DNA of 64,000 bases from Candidatus Aceula meridiana (GTDB taxonomy: Bacteria > Omnitrophota > Gorgyraeia > Zapsychrales > Aceulaceae): positions 4,650 to 68,649 of the forward strand of contig JAVCDE010000031.1 of assembly GCA_030765185.1 (NCBI GenBank), read 5' to 3'. Positions 60,516-64,000 of the stretch are shown here, in pieces. Each line of letters begins with the position of its first letter. Positions within the stretch are counted from its first letter, which is position 1. The notes below the pieces were generated by a model. That model searched no databases and was not told where the DNA came from. It worked only from the letters and a program-made list of their open reading frames with translations. The position numbers and the translations under genes were made by a program.

Positions 60516-61562
60516 TTAAAATTGCTTAAGAAATCTTATATCGTTTTCAAAAAACAGCCGGATATCATGAATACCGTGTTTAAGCATGGCAATGCGTTCA
60601 ACGCCCATGCCAAAAGCTAGTCCTTCATACTTACCCTTAGGATATTTAACAGCTTCAAAAACTTTTGGATGTACCATTCCACAACCTAAAATCTCAAGCC
60701 ACCCTTTTCGTCCGCAAGTCGAGCATCCTTTTCCACCGCAGATATAGCAGGAAATATCCACCTCTGCTGATGGTTCAGTAAAAGGGAAAAAATGTGGACG
60801 AAAACGCATTTTGATATTCTCCCCAAAAAATCTTTTGCAAAAAGCCGTTAGCAACCCTTTAAGATCTGCAAACTTTATATCTTCATCAACCAAAAGCCCT
60901 TCAATCTGATGGAACATAAATGAATGGCTAGCATCGACAGCGTCGGGGCGATACACTTTTCCGGGGCTTACAACAGCCAAAGGGGGTTTATGGTTTTGCA
61001 TGACGCGAATTTGAGCAGGCGATGTCTGGCTGCGTAAAAGTAAATTTCTATCTTTGGCGCCTGGGTCTTTTTGTTCCAAATAAAATGTGTCAAACGCATC
61101 ACGAGAGGGATGGTCTATCGGAATATTAAGAGCTGTAAAATTATTAAATTCAGTTTCAATTTCAGGTCCTTCAAAAATCGCAAATCCTAATTTTTCAAAA
61201 ATCGCGCAAATGTCTCTTGTCGTCTGCGATAAAATGTGCGCATGTCCTAATTCTTGAAAAACACCCGGGATTGTAACATCAACAGCGTCGAGGCCTGCCT
61301 TCTTTTTTGTCTGCATCGTTTGGAGTTCTTGCTTTTTAGATGCAATCGCCTCTGTGACTTGAGAGCGCAAGTCGTTAGCGCCTTTTCCAATCAGAGGTTT
61401 TTCTTGTGGAGAGGCCTGCGTTAAACTACCATAAATTTCTGCAACCAAGCCCTTTTTACCAAGATATTTTATGCGAAAACTTTCTAAAACCTGCAAATTT
61501 TCAGCCGAAGCGATTTCTTGCTGAGACGTTGTGATAAGTTGTTCAAAATTCCAAGAGGTCAT
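60516..61562 (-). CDS. pheS: Phenylalanyl-tRNA synthetase alpha subunit
   Basis: HPSRD..DTFY, FHQIEG, FPFTEPSAE, AFGMGVER. Confidence 0.98.
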   Translation of the reverse strand: MTSWNFEQLITTSQQEIASAENLQVLESFRIKYLGKKGLVAEIYGSLTQASPQEKPLIGKGANDLRSQVTEAIASKKQELQTMQTKKKAGLDAVDVTIPGVFQELGHAHILSQTTRDICAIFEKLGFAIFEGPEIETEFNNFTALNIPIDHPSRDAFDTFYLEQKDPGAKDRNLLLRSQTSPAQIRVMQNHKPPLAVVSPGKVYRPDAVDASHSFMFHQIEGLLVDEDIKFADLKGLLTAFCKRFFGENIKMRFRPHFFPFTEPSAEVDISCYICGGKGCSTCGRKGWLEILGCGMVHPKVFEAVKYPKGKYEGLAFGMGVERIAMLKHGIHDIRLFFENDIRFLKQF

Positions 61563-61632
61563 AATAATATTCTTAAATGTTAATTTGTTTTATTACTATA
61601 CTACAAAAAATAGATTTATAAAAAGATAAATA

Positions 61633-63087
61633 TTATTTACGCCAAGTCGCCGGTAAAAATAAAATCAAAATCGAATAAAGCTCTAAGCGGCCGGCAAGCA
61701 TTAAAAACGTCAAAATCCATTTGCTGGGGAGGGAAAACCACGCATAGCTTTGTGTAGCTCCTACCATGCCTAAACCAGGGCCGATGTTTGCTAAAGACGC
61801 AATTGAGGCGGATGAGGCAGTAGCAAAATCGCAGCCATCGATAGCCGCCAAGGCAAGGGCACCAAAAACAAAAAGAAAAATAAAAATCACCACATAAGAC
61901 AAGACCCCTAAAACGATCTTCGGCGGAACAGGGTCTTCGTCAACTTTTATCGGAATAACCGAATTTGGAAAAATAGCATGCACGATTGATTTTATGGCAA
62001 CTTTAATCGTTATAAAAATTCGGATGACTTTGATGCCTCCCCCTGTGGAGCCAGCGCACCCTCCGATAAACATCGCAACCACCAAGGCAATACGCAAGAC
62101 ATTCGGCCAGAGGTCAAAATCTGCCGTGACATATCCTGTCGTAGTCATAATCGAAACAACCTGAAAAGCAGCTGTGCGCACGGGAATGGTTGCATCAACT
62201 TGCATTTTTAAAACAAAGGTCGTAACCGCAATAAGGCTTAACAAAATTAAAAAATACCAACGAAATTCTTCGCTTCTTAAAAAAGCTTTTGCTTTTCCTT
62301 TTAATGCTTGATAATGCAAAATAAAATTCGTTCCGGCTAAGAACATAAAGACAATAACAACCCATTGAACGTAAGGAGAAAATGCGCCGATGCTTTCGGT
62401 TCTCGTCGAAAACCCTCCTGTGGCCATGGTCCCAAAAGTATGACAAAGCGAATCAAACCACGAAAGCCCCCCCACTTTTAAAAGCAACGTTTCTAAAAGG
62501 GATAATGTAAAATAAACGCCCCATAATGCTTTCGCTGTTTCTTTAACACGAGGCTGAACACGCTCAGCAGTCGGCCCAGGCGCTTCAGCTTTATAAAGTC
62601 GGAAAGCCCCCTGCCCTAAAATCGGCAAAAGCGCCAAATACAAAACAATGATTCCCATGCCGCCGAGCCAATGCGTTAAGCTTCTCCAAAACAAAAGCCC
62701 AAGGGGAAGCCCTTCAATGTTTGTAATAATCGTTGCCCCCGTCGTGGTAAAACCACTCGCTGTCTCAAAAATGGCATCTGTAAAAGAGGCAACTGAACCG
62801 GATAGAAAAAAAGGCAACGCCCCGAACAAAGACAATACAATCCATGAAAGCCCAACAACAGCCAAACCATCTTTGGCGTTTAAATGTTCGATGTCATCAG
62901 GAGAAATTGGAAGTATCCTGCGAAAAATAATCGAAACCAAAAAACCGAGCGAAATAGTAATGACAAAAGCAAAAAATTCGACGCTATAGCCTGCGCCGTA
63001 ATATGCCCACCCTAAGGGGATAAACATCATAAAGCTCACAACCAAGAGGATGCGAGCAATAATGCTTAAAACAATTTTTTTATGCAT
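61633..63087 (-). CDS. trkH: Trk potassium uptake membrane subunit
   Basis: SGFTTTG, TGGFS, TTTG, ANIGPG pore loops; GSTGGG. Confidence 0.96.
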   Translation of the reverse strand: MHKKIVLSIIARILLVVSFMMFIPLGWAYYGAGYSVEFFAFVITISLGFLVSIIFRRILPISPDDIEHLNAKDGLAVVGLSWIVLSLFGALPFFLSGSVASFTDAIFETASGFTTTGATIITNIEGLPLGLLFWRSLTHWLGGMGIIVLYLALLPILGQGAFRLYKAEAPGPTAERVQPRVKETAKALWGVYFTLSLLETLLLKVGGLSWFDSLCHTFGTMATGGFSTRTESIGAFSPYVQWVVIVFMFLAGTNFILHYQALKGKAKAFLRSEEFRWYFLILLSLIAVTTFVLKMQVDATIPVRTAAFQVVSIMTTTGYVTADFDLWPNVLRIALVVAMFIGGCAGSTGGGIKVIRIFITIKVAIKSIVHAIFPNSVIPIKVDEDPVPPKIVLGVLSYVVIFIFLFVFGALALAAIDGCDFATASSASIASLANIGPGLGMVGATQSYAWFSLPSKWILTFLMLAGRLELYSILILFLPATWRK

Positions 63088-63102
63088 AATGGATTTTTAT
63101 GT

Positions 63103-64000
63103 TTAAAGAAACTTTTTTCGAGTAAAAAGCTTTTGAATTTTTGGCACACAATCTTCATGACAGAAAACAATGGTTTCCTCTCCTGCGTTGATTTTTGTGT
63201 TGCCGTCGGCTAAAAAAGCCTCATTCTCGCGGAAAACCGCTCCCACAATACAATTTTGAGGAAATTTTATGTCTTTTAAAGAAGCTCTGGTAATTGGCGA
63301 ATCTCTCTCAGGCACAAGCTCAAGGGCTTCGGCGTTGCATCCAACGATCTTAATAACCGCGTTAACCCCACGTCCACGGACAAGACGTAAAATTTGATCA
63401 ACAGCTAAAAACCGCGGATTGATCATAAGGTCGATATCTAAAGAATCTTTAATCGCTAAGAAATCAGGCTGCTGAGTTACAATAATTGTTTTCTTAGCGC
63501 CCATACGCTTCGCTAACACAGCACAAACTAAATTGGAATGATCACTTGCCGAGGCTGAAATAAAAACATCCGCCACTTCTACTCCGCATTCTTTTAAAAT
63601 CTCTGCCTCCGAGGGAGAACCGTTAAAAACCCTGACATTATTAAGGCGCCCGGCAAGACTATTTGCAATGTTTTCGTTTTCTTCTAAAATAACAACTTCC
63701 TTTGCATAGCCTAATAGGTCTCGGGCAATTCTTTCTCCCATAATTGTTGCGCCATAAATAATAACTTTCTCAGGGCGCCTCACGTCAGGGTCAACAAATG
63801 CTAAAAATTCTCCCAATGAATTCGTTGGCAAAAGAACATAAATACGGTCTTTTTCTTCTACAATGGTGTTTCCTTTAGGAATAATGACTTCTGCCTCTCG
63901 TTTAATTGCGATAATTAAAAAAGGCCAAGGAGAATATTCATCTTTTAAATCTCCTACGCGCATATGCCTCAAAGGGGATTTCTCAGAAATAACGAAAGAA
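63103..64000 (-). CDS. trkA: Trk potassium uptake RCK subunit, 5'-truncated by the window edge
   Basis: RCK-C / RCK-N / RCK-C pattern directly upstream of trkH; frame open to the window end. Confidence 0.9.
   Translation of the reverse strand, partial: SFVISEKSPLRHMRVGDLKDEYSPWPFLIIAIKREAEVIIPKGNTIVEEKDRIYVLLPTNSLGEFLAFVDPDVRRPEKVIIYGATIMGERIARDLLGYAKEVVILEENENIANSLAGRLNNVRVFNGSPSEAEILKECGVEVADVFISASASDHSNLVCAVLAKRMGAKKTIIVTQQPDFLAIKDSLDIDLMINPRFLAVDQILRLVRGRGVNAVIKIVGCNAEALELVPERDSPITRASLKDIKFPQNCIVGAVFRENEAFLADGNTKINAGEETIVFCHEDCVPKIQKLFTRKKFL

Noticed and set aside
61563-61632. T-box or attenuator upstream of pheS
   Set aside because: The gap is only 70 AT-rich nt, with no T-box motif or terminator.

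Overview
A 64 kb AT-rich core-genome window from a diderm bacterium. It is probably Ca. Omnitrophota (PVC); this is my inference from the LTTYYPAP surface protein, stand-alone PilZ and receiver proteins, and truncated PheT/GltX. Almost all genes are on the minus strand. Contents: (1) a ~25 kb nitrogen/glutamine cluster (GAF-GAF-ANTAR regulator, outer-membrane barrel, two amtB-glnK pairs, GSIII, GATase1, nadE, Fis-like HTH, gltBD, carAB, purF, pyrG); (2) an alpha-glucan cluster (glgB, GH57, malQ, beta-PGM, GH65) split by a signalling block (PilB-REC fusion, Cache/PAS histidine kinase, three receivers); (3) a housekeeping run (trkAH, pheS, an inserted surface protein, pheT, 6S RNA, 5-FCL, rny, ymdB, PilZ, gltX, tRNA-Gln). 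The best findings are non-coding. First, five serial ANTAR-hairpin/terminator modules sit in two leaders, and four appear to nest the second ANTAR hexaloop in the terminator tip. Second, an 80-nt covarying double-hairpin element occurs three times, always between a stop codon and the next Shine-Dalgarno sequence. Third, there is a possibly pseudoknotted leader upstream of rny. All structures were folded by eye and no database searches were run.
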